Origin: Lytechinus pictus
Taxonomy: Eukaryota
Length of the DNA: 64,000 bases
Direction: 5' to 3'
Assembly: GCF_037042905.1 (NCBI RefSeq)
Contig: NC_087252.1
Coordinates: forward strand, 3,040,001 to 3,104,000
Part shown: positions 27,257 through 41,600 of the stretch, piece after piece
Numbering within the stretch: the stretch's first letter is position 1
Layout of the letters: each line of letters starts with the position of its first letter
Translations under genes and position numbers: made by a program
The notes under the pieces: model-generated
What the model saw: only the letters and a program-made list of their open reading frames with translations
The model's database searches: none
What the model was told of the DNA's origin: nothing

Positions 27257-28690
27257 CAGTGGAGTAACTATGGGCGGGGGAGGCATGGGGGGGGAGGCAC
27301 GTGCCCCCCCCCCAATCGGCTGGCCAAAAAAAAACAGGAAAAATGAGAAAAAGAGGAGAAAAGGAAAATAAACTTGGGAAAGAATAAATTATTGTTCATT
27401 ATAATGTTATACTATATTATAATTATGTTATGTTACTGTATACTACATTAGAAACATTTTGTTTTCATAACATTATGAAACATAAATTGCTCAGGGCCTA
27501 TGCCTTTATTGTTCCTGGTGCTCGCATTGTCTGTTTAACTATATATATTAGATCAAATATTTTTTTTCGGAACACTATAGTTTTCAAGTATATTTGAGAG
27601 ACCTGACGTCAAATCAAATCAATATACACCAAATATATTTCCTCGCACTTTCGAGTTATTATTGTTTTATGTAGTGACATATGCTTCTTTTTTTATGACT
27701 ACTAAAGTGATTGCCCGATCTTAAGGTCTTAATATAAAACATTTCCTGTCCGTGCTTACGTTCGCATTAGTGGATTGGTAAGATATGTTTGCTCTTCATG
27801 AATTCCAAACTAAAATCAGTCATTAAAATGACCTGAACATAAAAAGAATTCAGCTCGCGCTTCGCGCTCGAATCATTTGGTTAAGGAAATACGTATGGTC
27901 TTGGTGAATTCATAGAAACAAGCCTTATAATGCCCCTATTCAGATCTGCATTTCCTAAATTTTCAGCTCACACTTCGCGCTCGAATTATTTGATTAGTGA
28001 GATGCGTATGATAATCATGATTTCATTGACTACAAATAGTGCTTCATAACTTGGCGCTTGGCACTCGCATTAGATGTCTATGGTGACATATGTATACTCG
28101 TACTGGATTCCTTAAAATATCCCTTTTTTTGAGTCAATATATACACAAATTTCAGCTCGCGCTCGCATCATTTGATTAGTGAAATACGTATGGTATTCGT
28201 GAATTCCTACAAACAAGCCTTAAAATGCCCCTCTTGAGGTTTGAATTACCTACATTTTCAGCTCGCGCTTCGTGCTCGCAATATTTGATAAGTGAGATGA
28301 GTATGTTAATCATGATTACAATGACTACAAGTGCTTAGACTACAATTTTGTTTAGATGTAATTCTAACAAAATCAGCGAGCGCTTCGCACTCATATTAGA
28401 TGACTATGGTGAAGTATACTCGTTATTGATTCCTAAAATATAGTCCTTGAAATGTCCCTGTTTGGGTTCAATATATACACAAATTTCAGCTCGCACTTCG
28501 TGCTTGTATTGTCTGTTTACCGAGACAGGTACATAATTATCATGATTAAAAAAAATTGGCTTAAAATGTCCCTTTTTAGGTCTGTATATCAAAAATTTTC
28601 AGCTCGCGCTCCGCGCTCACATTATTTGATCAGTGAGATACATATCCGTTTAATGGCACTGTTCTAAAAAAATGTCTCTATTAGGTCTTG
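27257..28690. mobile_element. Partial hAT-like non-autonomous element with CTCGCGCTTCGCGCTCGC internal repeats
   Basis: Begins CAGTGGAGTAACTA with a G-run/C-run hairpin; body is the reverse complement of the element at 54627-56559. Confidence 0.65.
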
Positions 28691-29487
28691 ATAAGAGATG
28701 GGCTATGTGGTTAACCCAAAAGTGATTGATTCCAACTTGAATACTTTTTTTAAAATCAATTCTTTATTCATTCATATCTAAAGAGGTAAAAAACATATGC
28801 ACAATGCAAACAATTATTTGAAGTGCAGAAATACTGCAAGATAACATCATATCATGAATAAGCGAAACATTGCCTTGATTATCTATTATCATTAAATGAA
28901 AGAGAACTTATAAAAGCAAAGAGGCCTTGTGAAAAAATGGTCTGCAAAAGAAATTAAGATACATATTATATGATAGCTCTATCTCTTGCCTCCTAAATGC
29001 CTCTATAAGCATTTTGACAACTCTCTCGGACTGGCATGTCAAGTCACTTCTATTTATATTTCATGCGTTCATGACAATTAATAGGCTACCATTTGCATAC
29101 AAATATATACCGCTAAAGTGAACCTGGACTGTAGAAATAGTACAAATTGCCTTTTCTCTGAAAAAGTATTATTCTGGATTGAAGGGGGAGGGTGATGGAT
29201 CGATTTTTGGGAGGTAGGGACATGGGACATTTCGAGTCTCTTGGGGGTGATATCGGGGCATTTTTTCCCTTAACTTTGGAGGGATAAAGGCTCACACATC
29301 CATCTCCGGCACAGTTTCATATGTGAAAACTAGTGTAAATTATCTTACATCTTGAAAAATATGAATTGTGAAAAGGGGTGAAAAATTGGGCAGATTGCTC
29401 AAAAGAAAATTAGCCCTTCTTCCTACAATGATTTGGTTAAATAATTCAAGAACTCTCACATTTTACTTTTTGCGATAGTTATAGGTG

Positions 29488-29662
29488 CACTGTAAAAAAA
29501 ATGAAGTGCTAATTTAACACTTACATTGCTTGTATAGTGACTGCACTACGAGTGCTGATTTTCTAGTATAAATTTGGACTAGAAACTAAGAAATCAGCAC
29601 TCGTAGTGCAGTCACTATACAAACAATGTAAGTGCTAAATTAGCGCTTCATTTTCTACAGTG
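29488..29662. mobile_element. Palindromic 175-bp MITE, CACTGT...ACAGTG ends, possible TG 2-bp TSD
   Basis: Arms of about 75 bp are near-perfect reverse complements (GTATAGTGACTGCACTACGAGTGCTGATTT / AAATCAGCACTCGTAGTGCAGTCACTATAC). Confidence 0.85.
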
Positions 29663-29729
29663 TGTAGTCGTGAGAAAAAAAACGTCATGCAAAATGTATG
29701 CACCATAACAAGTACAATGACCTACTTAC

Positions 29730-29781
29730 CAACAGAGCAAGTTACGAATCCGATTATCAAACAAATATACAATTTGCACAT
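29730..29781 (-). CDS. Ig receptor gene A, exon 1 (signal peptide)
   Basis: ATG at 29781; MCKLYICLIIGFVTCSV-G; strong GTAAGT donor; phase 1 matches exon 2; joined CDS is 1299 nt and open. Confidence 0.75.
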
Positions 29782-30692
29782 GATTACTTATATTGTTCAC
29801 TCAACGAGAATGTAAGTATTCTGTAACAGAACGCTAGGGGAATATTACTAGTTGCAAGGTTTTAAGTTTGCACACTTTATCCCTATACTTTTCAAAACAC
29901 AAAAGACTGTTAAAATTACATGGTGTTGGCGCTCTTTAAATGGGACATGCATTCAAAATTGGAAGCGTCCGCCCATTTAATTTTTTAACACATTAAAGCT
30001 CGGCATAGAAAGGCGCAATAATAACGATAGTTTACTTAGCCAAAACATGGCATACCTCTAATTGCAAAATTTTCTGGATATCGGTTTCTATATCGTTTTG
30101 CTTTGAGGGTCACAACAATTGTGAAAGAAAAGGGACCACTGAGAAAGGTGGATTCCAATTAATTTGTCCTCTTAAAAAAAAAAATCGGATATATTACTTT
30201 TTGAGAAATTCAATTTTATCTTATATTCATTGAACACGTTGGATATCCGACAGATTCGACCTTTTTACCTGCCAATTCTACAGCAAAATAAAGAAGTTAT
30301 GTCTTTAAATGTCGGATTTTTTTATAGCTTTTTCACGTTTTTCTCCTAAAAGAACCTTGTACAGTTCGTAATGTCTTATCAACAAATTTCAGGGATAAAC
30401 TCTTTAATCGAAGAGGACATTGGTAGATGGTAAATAAGACAGCGAATATATAACTGAATATTTAATCTGTTAAATTGCATCTATAAGTATGATTGAATGA
30501 ATACTAGTAGTAACCGATGTTGAAATCCGAATTAGTCATCCGGCACTAATCTTTCATTGCCCTTCTTCTCTAGCCAGCAGCCACCTTGAAGGTAAGAGCC
30601 AGTCTGAAAACATGATCAAAATTAACATGGTCAAGTGAACTTTTTACAACTTTACCATAATAATAAACAATTTGATTGTGGTCATCTGCGAA

Positions 30693-32755
30693 CAGTGGCG
30701 TACCGTGGGTCACGGCATGGGGGGGGGGGACTAGCAATATCTCGAGTCACTTACATGTAGTTGGCGCGCAAACCCTCTAAATGGCCGTTTATATTGACCT
30801 AATACAGAGATATTTTAAGTACCGTGCCATTAAAATGATATGTATCCCACTATACAAATAAAGGCAGCGCGAAGCGCGAGCTGAGCCTTTATCATAGTCA
30901 CGTTTAAAGAGGGACGTTATCAGTAAATATGTGTAATCGTGTTTCATATCCGTCTCACTAAACAAACAATTTTTGTATATATTGCCTTCAAACAGAGATG
31001 TTTTAGGACTAGTTTTCAGGAATCCATGGAGGCTGTACATTTTTCACTTATAAAATAAAGCGAGCGCGGATCGCGAGCAAAAAAATCTATACATTCGGAC
31101 CTGAAGAGGGGCATTGTAAGGCTTGTTTGTAGAAATTCCTTAAGACCATACGCATTTCCATAACCAAGTGATGCGAGCGCGAAGCGCAAGCTGAATATTT
31201 ATGACATTCAGACCAGAAAAAAAAATCATTTAGAATGATGATAATGATGATGGGTTTTTGTATAGCACCGGTTTCCGCCTTTGCTGGGCGCTAACGGCGC
31301 TTGCTCAAAAAGGGAATATTTCACAATTATCAGTGCCTTCAATCAGTGCTTAGAATCATAATTCGTACAGATACTGTCCTAGTAATGCTACAATTGAGTT
31401 ATTTTTGCGATGATGTTGGACTGGGGAACAGAAAGGTCTTCAGGTAAGACTCAAAAGCTGATTGGTTCTCTGCTCCTCTGATAAATTGGGGAAGGCTATT
31501 CCACAGCTTTTGTCCAGACATGCAGAGAGCTTGGTCACCCCAGGTTGTGTGGCGGAGAGATTCAGTCAGCAATGCTTGATCTGCTGATCTGAGACTGCAT
31601 GTTGGTCTATGCTGGTTGATAGAAAGCCAGTGTAGGTCACGCAAAATTGGAGTAATGTGGACTCTCATTTTTTGAAGGGACACAAGACGTACTGCCATGT
31701 TTTGCAGACACTGAAGTCTGTGTAGTTGATGTTGAGTCAAACCAGTCAAAATCGAGTTGCAAATGTTCAGTAGGGTTGTTACAAATGCCTGAGCAAGGAG
31801 TTCAGCAACTTTCTTAGTTGCATGCTTGCTGATCCTTCCAAAATTACGAATTGAGATGCAGGCAGCCTTGGAAGTGCATGTGACATGCTGCTCCATTGTA
31901 AGTGAGAAATCAAATACCAGTCCAAGGTTTGTCACTTGATCCAAAGGCTTGATTAAAGAGTTGCCAATTCTTAGATGGTTTATTGCCAATTTGGCTCGTT
32001 GTTGACGAGATCCCACTCCATCTCCGGTGTCTTGCTTAAGAAGCTGAAGTTGGAGATCGGGCGATAGTTTGCTCATGTTCTCTGGATCAAGTTTTGACTT
32101 CTTCAGCACTGGATTAACTCGTGCAACTTTCAAAACTTCTGGTACTTTTCCGGATTGTAGAGAGGTATTAATGAGTTATGTCACTATAGGGATCACAGTA
32201 GAAGATCAGGATTGGAGCAACAGAGTTGGGATTGAATCAAGATCACATGATTTTGGTAGTGATTTTAAAGACTGTTTTCTTAGGAATTCATAAAGAGCAG
32301 ACATATCTCAACAATTCGCTAATGCAAACCTATGCACGGACTGTTTTTTTTATATTCAGACATTAAAAGGGGACAAGCACTTTAAGTAGTCATGAAAAGG
32401 AAGCATAATTATGTCACTAAATTAAATAATGAAATATTGAAGTGCGAGGAAATGTTTGGTGTATATTGATTTAAAAACAGAATGTTTTAGTTCCATATAA
32501 TCCCCTTGAACATGATTATTTATATCCATGATTATCTATCTCATTAAACAGACAATGCGATGGCCAGGAATGACGAACACTGGCCCTAAGAAGATAATGT
32601 TTCGTAAAGTTATGAAAAACAACATCTTATGTAATACGAAATAATATACAATTTCTTCTACTTTCCTGAATACGCTTATCGTTTATTCTGCCCCCCCCCC
32701 CTTCGCAAACCGATGGGGGAGGGGGGGGGGGCGTAGTTAGATCTGTAAGCCACTG
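30693..32755. mobile_element. hAT-like non-autonomous element (CAGTGGC...GCCACTG) interrupted by an L2 insertion
   Basis: Terminal CAGTGGC/GCCACTG; GCGAGCGCGAAGCGCGAGC internal repeats; flanks TCTGCGAA and TCAGAGGA may be a decayed 8-bp TSD. Confidence 0.65.
31235..32290 (-). mobile_element. L2 LINE fragment with the RT core deleted
   Basis: KVARVNPVLKKSKLDPE jumps directly to VTNLGLVFD...HITPILRDLHWL...KLWNSLP...LKTFLF; L2-type stem-loop 3' end and (CAT)n tail near 31235-31305. Confidence 0.85.
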
Positions 32756-35700
32756 TCAGAGGAAATACAAGACAAGAACATCGGATAAATTATACAAGAT
32801 TTTAGACAATCCTAAAATACTTAGATTATTACGATGATCTAAGAATGCAATTCGTTTCTTGTAGCAGGCTCTTACGAATAGATTTCGATGGACCAGCACC
32901 TTCTTCTGTAGTCAAAATTAAAAAAAAAGCCTACACTATGTCTCCAAGAAGTTTCAAGAAAGTAAAGTGACTTTACTATATCAGGAGCAATGCCTTTTTG
33001 CCTTGATGGGGGCTCAAAATCTTGATTTTTTTAAATAAAGGTGGGGGTAACTTCGACAGTCCATGAGAGGAGTAGCCTTTGATTTTCCGTCACTTCGTTA
33101 TATGTACTGTAACTGATATACAAATCCCCCTCCTTCCTCTCCATGATGTTTCAATAAAAATAAAAGTGGTTTTACTATACATCAGAAATGCCATTTTACA
33201 ACATTGGGGGCTCGAGAAAGCAGGACAGGCTCCTATGCGACTATGCTTTAAAGTGCCAGAACGTGCATCTAATATGCAGAAGATATTATTTGACCCATTT
33301 AATCATAGTATAGACACACAAATCATGTTCCTTGATTTTGAACAAACTATACTGTCGGATTCTTTAAGTAGCAACAGCAATTTTAGACTCCATTTTAAAA
33401 GCCATCCTGGATTGTTTTAACATACTGGAGTGGACCACTGAGTTTCCTTGTACCTTGTCAAAATGCTTCACGCAGAAGGATGTGAAATGAACAATGTCCA
33501 TCTAAAGTATCATCAGCCATTTTAAACTCCACTGTTTTCTGGTTTCTAGGGTAGATAATGAGAGAGTTATATCAATTTTCAGTGAATGGCGGCCATCTTG
33601 GACACCATCTTAAAAAATAAAATATTTTCGCGGACGCGGATTTTGGTAGATTTTTAGTATGTTATACTTGAGGTCAAATAGTACAAAAAACCTTTGGAAA
33701 AACATCTGTTGCAATTTGTTCCGGGTAAGGGTGTTTTTGGTCGTATATTGATGCGTCTATACAGACCAAGTAGGTATTTGTGCTCATCCACTTCTGGCTA
33801 CCTCCTTATTCGAAAAGTTTCGAAAACTTGGGGGGGGGGGGGTCATTTGCTTTAGTATGCGTGCCCTACTTTGTGGAATAGCCTTCCTGAAGACATAAAA
33901 CTTTACCTTTGTTGAAAACTCTTTTAACTCTTAGCGCTTTATGCGCCTTGAGCACTCTACAGAGTGGATTTGCCGCTTTACAAGTCACATTATTATCATT
34001 ATCATTATTATTATCTAAACAAGTGCACACCTAGTTACCAATAATGCATGCATCATTTCCATTTCGTCGGCGGTTATCCGAACCGTCGTATCAGTCAATT
34101 TAAGTAAAAAAAAAAAAAAAAAAAAATCGATTTTGAGATTTTTGCAGAAAATTAAAGTACAGGTCCTACTCTATTCATAGCTAAATTTCTAGGCAGCAAT
34201 TTTTTTTTCTGAGATACGAGAGGATTTTCACGGCGATGCCATACATTTTTTTGATAAAATGCGAAAATCCCATTGGAAACGTGTACCATAACAGAGCGAT
34301 ACGACGTTTTGACAAGCCGCGATTTCAATGCGCGCGGTCAGCCAAACTGTCGTATCGGCCACCTGCACTGCATTGACTTTGCACGTGAAAAGCGATACGA
34401 CGTTTTGACTGACCGCGCGCATTGAAATCGCGGTCAGGGTTGTTGAATTCCCTATGGCGTTTTTGTACGGGGGAAATCTAATTATTATTATCAACGATTA
34501 TGAGATAACTTCGTATGGTAACGCTCTTGCGCATGCGCACTTCATTCTAACCATAATACAGACGTTGAAACGTTTCAAGGAGTTCTATTGAATAAAGTTG
34601 GTTTTACCTTCAATCAATCGACTACTAAAGTCTTTATTGTGATTTCCCTGTACGGTCATGTCAACTGGCGACGTGGAGTAAACTGGCGGTATTCAAGAGA
34701 AAGAGTAATTAAAGGGTGTAAAAGGTGTACACTTGCACCCAATAGAGCACATGAAACTTTCACAAGTTTTAGGGAGCAAAATGTGTTTGCTCCCTATAAG
34801 GTTGACAAATGCATTATATTGGGTGCAAGCGTAAACAATTTACATCCTTTAGGGCGCAATCTTGCACCCTAAAGGGTGCTGATATTATATCAGTCTAGGG
34901 GTGCAAAATTGAACCTTTTCCCTTAGTGCGCATACATACATTACTAGATGACACGTAATTGAGTTGTCGCTCTTTAATAACGGTTGTTATCTCTACCCCC
35001 CCCCCCCCCCCCCCCATTTTAGTATATGAACTGTTTTCACTTTCTTTTTTAAGAGAAAAAATATAAACCAATCTATTTTTACGAAAAAGCTGTTGATCAT
35101 GTATACATACCACTTGTGAAGAAATAAAAATGAGATTGATCAATTCAGTCACCATTTTAACATAATAATAATGCTACGAAAGTGCAGTGTATCGAAATAT
35201 CTGGAAATAGTTGTTTAAGCTAGGTTATATAACTATCAAAGCTGAACTATGCAAAGGTTATTCTAACCTTAATTGGTAGCAAATTCTTTCAATCGAATAG
35301 CAGCTATTTATGCACGTCACTGTATAAAGCACAGTAGGCCAAATGTGTATTTTTGCCCTGTCCAAAAACGAAAAACGATGCCTTAGTTACAATTTTTGAT
35401 CATGATAACATTATTGAATTATATTGAAATAGCTTTCAAGGAAATTAAACTAAATTGAATATAATTCAACAATAAAAATTATTTTCGACATGACCAGATG
35501 ACGGAATATACTACGGAAATATAATTTAAAACACGTTCTAAACACGTAATATTTTTCCCGAATTAAATTTGGAAGGCAAGCACTCGCTAAATTTGCTTTA
35601 TTCTTTTTTTTACAGTACATGGCTATCCAAACAATTTTGTCCTGAATATGAGCTCCGTATTCTTTTTCTCATCTCAACTCGTTAAAAAAATATCAGCAAG

Positions 35701-35913
35701 TAATAGCATTTGAACAAATACAGTTATGTTCCGGTTTACATGAAATTGACAATTAATTTCTATTCTGATTTAATTGAAGAATGGCAGAGATTTTTTATAT
35801 CACAAAATAAATTAATATGAAAAACAAACTAGCTATGGCATGCAAATACAATGAAAAAAGTCATCAACGAGCTTTGCATAAATGTGAATAAATGCACCAA
35901 TTAGCCCTACATC

Positions 35914-38517
35914 TATGAGGCGCCGATTGTGCCACTATTATATAGAACAATTATTTGTTATATAATCATTATTTATTAAATAATAACTATTATTTATATA
36001 TAATTAACATTTTATTTGTAAATAACTACTATTATATAAAATAACATTTCTAATTATTTATATATAATTCCAAGTAATAATTCATTATTTGTAAATAATA
36101 ATAGTTCGACATTCCATTATTTATAAATAATGATTATTTGTTTTTCATTATTTATAAATAATGATTATTTATTTTTCATTATTTATAAATAATGATTATT
36201 TTGTTTTTCATTATTTACAAAAAATGATTATTTGTTTTTCATTATTTATAAAATAATGACTATTTGTTTTTCATTATATATAAATAATGATTATTTGTTT
36301 TTCATTATTTATAAATAATGATTATTTGTTTTTCATTATTTATAAATAATGATTATTTTTTTTTTATTATTTATAAATAATGATTTTCGTTTTTAATTTT
36401 TTATAAATAATGATTTCACATACTTCATTATTTATAAATAATTGCAATTCGTTTTCCATTATTTATAAATAAGTTTTATATTATTTATAAATAATAATTA
36501 TTTATTAACAATGCCAGTGCACATTTCTTTATTTATAAATAATTTGTTGAGTTTTCCATTATTTATAAACAATGATTATTTGTTAAATAATGAAAACGTC
36601 TACTTCATTATTTATAAATAATTTTTTCGAGTGCACCATTATTCTCATTATTTATAAATAATCATTATTTAATGTTCGAGTTTTCCATTATTTATAAATA
36701 AAGATTATTTGTTAAATAATGAACTATCTACCTCATTATTTATAAATAATGAAAATTAATCGTGTTTCATTATTTATAAATAACAATTTTGTTTCAATAT
36801 CCCATTATTTATAAATAATCATTATTTATAAACAATCTTTACAGTTTGCCATTATATACAAATAATCATTATTTATATACAAATAACCATTATTTATAAA
36901 TAATGGAAAACTCGCTATAACATGCAAATATGGGATCGCCCATGATATGAATATTCATGATGCGATTTCCTTTTTCGTGATTTTTCTTCACAAATGTTTG
37001 TCCATTTCCTCTTCATAATGACATTTCTTGAAGCAATTTTCTAGGGATATGGTCTGATTGTAATATTCTTCATTTTCTATATAACTTCGTCTTCGAAGAA
37101 ATATCAAAAAGTGTAATTTTATACGATTTGTCCTACAGTTCACAATCCCCATAGGCGCGCGTGTATTTCACCTTTTCCATCGTAGGGACAACCGGTGAAT
37201 CGACGGAGTGCTCTTCATCGAACTACTACGTTGGTTGGTCCCCGGAAGTGGCGGGCGGAATTTAGCCCGAATCCTCGATGGAAGTGGATCAAGTGCATAT
37301 GAGCTGAGAGAGTGAAATATCAGTGTACGACCGTGCATCAGGCCCTTCTACTTTTTATAAATATTTCTTGTTGCTTTTTTTGTTAAGTTAATTTTTCCTG
37401 GTGTAGAGATAAGTTTCAGTTCTAATAATGCACTTCAAATTCATTTTGGAGTGTCTAATTGAGGCGTTTGGGGCAATTTCACCCTGGCCCCAAAATGCTC
37501 GCAACGATAATACGGGGGCATGATGACCCCTAAATTTTTAAAAACTTATTTTTCTATTGAAAATTATCACAAAATTCACCAAAAGTGTGCACGAAAGCCT
37601 TCGTATTTCACTTTTAAAACTCCAAAAAGTGCCCAAATGACAAGCTTGGTCGCTTCGCTGTGTCGCTTTCAACTTGAGAACGTTTACGCGTCTGCTCCCC
37701 CCCCCCCTCCGAAAGAAATTATGTATACGGCCATGCTCTAAAGAGCCTGGCACATTGATTTATGTATACTTTCATTTTCATTATTTGTATCTCATTATCA
37801 ACATGGCCTTACGCATAATTTTTTCCGGGGGGGGGGGGGGGGGAGCATGACGCGCGTAAACTTTCTCAAAAAAATCTTGAAAGCGAGACAGCCACGTGAC
37901 CAAGCCCAAATGACATTATAAATACAGAAATGTGCACTGGCATTGTTAATAAATAATTATTATTTATAAATAATAGAAAACTTATTTAAAAATAATGGAA
38001 AAACGAATTGCAATTATTTATAAATAATGAAGTATGTAGTGTCATTATTTATAAATAATGAAGTATGTAGTGTCATTATTTATAAATAATAAAAAACAAA
38101 TAAACATTATTTATAAATAATGAAAAACAAATAATCATTATTTATAAATAATGAAAAACAAATAATCATTATTTATAAATATGAAAAACAAATAATCATT
38201 ATTTATAAATAATGAAAAACAAATAATAATTATTTGTAAATAATGGAAAACAAATAATCATTATTTGTAAATAATGAAAAATAAATAATCATTATTCATA
38301 AATAATGAAAAACAAATAATCATTATTTATAAATAATGGAATGTCGAACTATTATTATTTACAAATAATGAAGTATTAATTGGAATTATAAATAAATAAT
38401 TAGAAATTATATTTTATATAATAGTAGTTATTTATAAATAATAGTTATTATTTAATAAATAATGATTATATAACAAATAATTGTTCTATATAATATTGGT
38501 ACATTCGGCGCCTCATA
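35914..38517. mobile_element. 2.6-kb non-autonomous foldback element, TAT...ATA ends, 6-bp TSD (IS3EU-like signature)
   Basis: TATGAGGCGCCGA...TCGGCGCCTCATA; TACATC at 35908-35913 and 38518-38523; inverted arms of about 600 bp made of CATTATTTATAAATAATG repeats. Confidence 0.9.
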
Positions 38518-38638
38518 TACATCCGGTAAATACCTAAAAGACGCAACAGTGCGTAGATTTGAAGCTTTCGTTAACAGAGAGAGAGAGAGAAAAAAAAATC
38601 TTTCAAATCGAGCCGAACGAGATTGACCAGAAAAATAG

Positions 38639-41600
38639 TTCTTCTTCTTCTTCTTCCGGGTGTAGTACAGACCTCTTGGTAGAGTATTTTCGTACCTTGT
38701 GTAGTGCTTAAAAACTAGTGTGCCATGCTGCATTGCCAAACCTCAGTAATATGCTTATGAGGTTAAAGGTGTATGTACATATAAGGTAAAAGTGCTCCTT
38801 GTGCAAGTAAAAACTAACTCCTTTTCCATCTAAGCCTTGCGCAGCGTTACCCCGTCCAGCTGCCTCTTAAACTGTTCCAGAGAAGAAGCAGATGTTACAC
38901 TGGCAGGGAGCTGGTTCCAATGGCGTACAACACTAGGAAAGAAGGAGTTCTGAAACCCAGAGATCCTACACAATTGTTGTCGATATTGAGTATGTCGTCG
39001 TCCAGATGATCGTAGTGCTGGGTAGAGGTAAGGTGGTTCAGGTGGGATGGCAATCAGTCCATGAAGAATACGGTAGAGCATGATCACTTTCAGATGAGCT
39101 CTCCTTTCAGCGAGAGACTGCCATTTCAATGAGTGAAGCATTTCGGTGACACTGTGTCTGGGGTGGTAGTCTCCAAGTGTAAACCGAGCAGCACGCCTCT
39201 GAACCATTTCAAGTTTCCAGATGTAGTCTTGGTAGTGAGGATCCCAGGCTGTTGCTGCATACTCAAGGATAGGTCGTACATATGTCCTGTATGCCTGGTC
39301 CTTGATTTTCTTTGGGCAGCCATACAGGTTTCTCTGGATGAATCCACGTGTACTATTTGCTTTTTTACATGTACTGTCAATATGCTTCTTCCAGCTCAGC
39401 TTGGAGTTGATGTGTACTCCGAGGTACTTGGCATTGTCAACAGCTGGAAGTTCAACTCCATGAAGAGAATAAGGCGATTTGATGACATTTTTCACCTTAT
39501 TGGTCACTCTCAGAACTTCACACTTCGATGGATTGAAAGACATCTGCCACTTGGCTTCCCAATCTTGCAGGTTAGTGAGATCTTCTTGGAGTGCGTCTGC
39601 GTCAGATTGCGAACTGATGTGTCGGTAGAGAAGACAATCGTCGGCAAACATCCGCACCTCCGACTGGACACAGTTAGGCAGGTCGTTGATGTAGGCCAAG
39701 AAGAGAAGCGGGCCAAGTACAGTCCCTTGAGGTACGCCCGAGTTGACATCAGCTGGGAGAGAGGTAGTTCCTTCAAGAACCACCTGTTGGACACGATCTT
39801 TAAGGAAGGCTCTGATCCAACCAAGAAGATTTCCTTGGATGCCATAGAAGGCTAGTTTTCTCAAGAGTCTTTCATGTGGTACTTTATCAAATGCCTTTGA
39901 AAAGTCTAACAGTACTGCATCTATCTGCTGTTTGTTGTCAATCCCTTTAGCAAGGTTGTGTATGGTCAGTAGCAGTTGGGACTCACAGGAGTGGAATTTT
40001 CTGAAACCATGTTGCTTTTCAGACAAGATACTGTTAGATTCCAGGTGATTGATGGTTTCAGAGAATATGATGTGCTCAAGGGTTTTGCACACAAGTGAGG
40101 TCAATGAAATTGGTCTATAATTGCAGGCTTCGTGCCGGTTACCTTTCTTGAAGATTGGTGTGATGAATGCAGCCTTCCAGTCTAATGGAATTGCACCTTG
40201 ATGTAGGGTGGACTGGAACAGTAAAGAAAGGACAGGTGCAAGCTCTGTAGAACACTCCTTCAGGATACGTGCAGGAAGGCCGTCAGGTCCTGGTGCCTTG
40301 TATGGGTTGATCTTGGACAACAATTTCCAGACTCCTTCAGAACCAATTTCAATGTTGCAGATCTTCGATTGTGGACTAGCTCCCATGTCAGGAATGTTGT
40401 CTATGTCTTCTTTTGTAAAGACTGAAGAGAACTGATAATTCAGGACAGCAGCCTTTGTTTTGCTGTCACATCGAGGGACGCCATCTCTCAAGAGTGGGGA
40501 TACTCCAGAGTTGTCACACTGCTTATTCTTAATGAATGTCCAAAATCTCTTGCCTCCACTGGGACCTTCTCCACATATCAGATCTGAGATGTAGGTCTGG
40601 TAGGTTTTACGGCATTCCCTTTGCATAGTTTTCTTAAGTTCCTTGTAATTACGGTGTTCTGTGTTGTCAATCTCGGCTGCGGCAGCTCTCGATCTCCTGA
40701 ATGATCTTTTCTTCTTTCTGGAGAGACGTTTCAATTCTGTCGTGATCCAGGGTTGGCTAAATCTGCATGAGGTCATCTTCGATGGTACATCTTCCTCGAG
40801 TGCAGATAAGATCTTACTTTTTATCTCTGTCCACTGACTTTCGACCGGGGTATCTAGAGAGGTCTGGGCCAAGTAGCTATCAGCAAAGCTTACCATTGCT
40901 TCTCTGATGGTGTCCATGTTTGCCTTCTTCCAAAGATAGACCTTCCTCTTGATTGGTCTCTGAATCTTCGCCCTTATGTCAGCAACCGTGAGGACCATAT
41001 CATGATCACCGATACCTGGTGAGGGGATGCATTTCCTGGTTAGAGATGGACGATTTGTGAGGAAGACATCTAGGATTGATTGACCTCTCGTTGGAAAGTC
41101 TGATATTTGGCTGAGGCATAAGTCTTGAAAGGTTGCAAGGAATGCTGAGTTAACACCGAGGTTGTACTGGTGGCCTGTCACAGTCTCAGTCTGCCAGTTA
41201 ATGTCTGGCAAATGAAGATCACCCGAGATCCAGATGGCCGAGTATGGGTTGTTTCTTACGACGCCACTGATAGCACTGCATATTTCCTCAGCACTGGCTA
41301 TGTTGTTGTCAGGGGGACGGTAGAGACAGATAACTATCAGCTTGTGACCACCAACGATTTTTATTTCAGCAGCCACAATTTCCTTGTTGGTATCAGTGGA
41401 CACTTCTGATACGATAATATCTGATTTGGTTGCAATAAGTACACCTCCGTACCCATCATTTCTGTCTTTCCGGATAGCCGGTAAGTTGTAACCCGGCGGG
41501 AGGATTTCTGAGCTAAGGATGTCTGGCCGTAACCAGGTCTCACTGCCAACAATAATGTCTGGGTTGCAGGATTCAACCGCTTCCCAGAAGGCTTCCTTCT

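Noticed and set aside
39133..39855. 240-aa plus-strand ORF
   Set aside because: Antisense shadow of the RT coding region; no recognisable motif.
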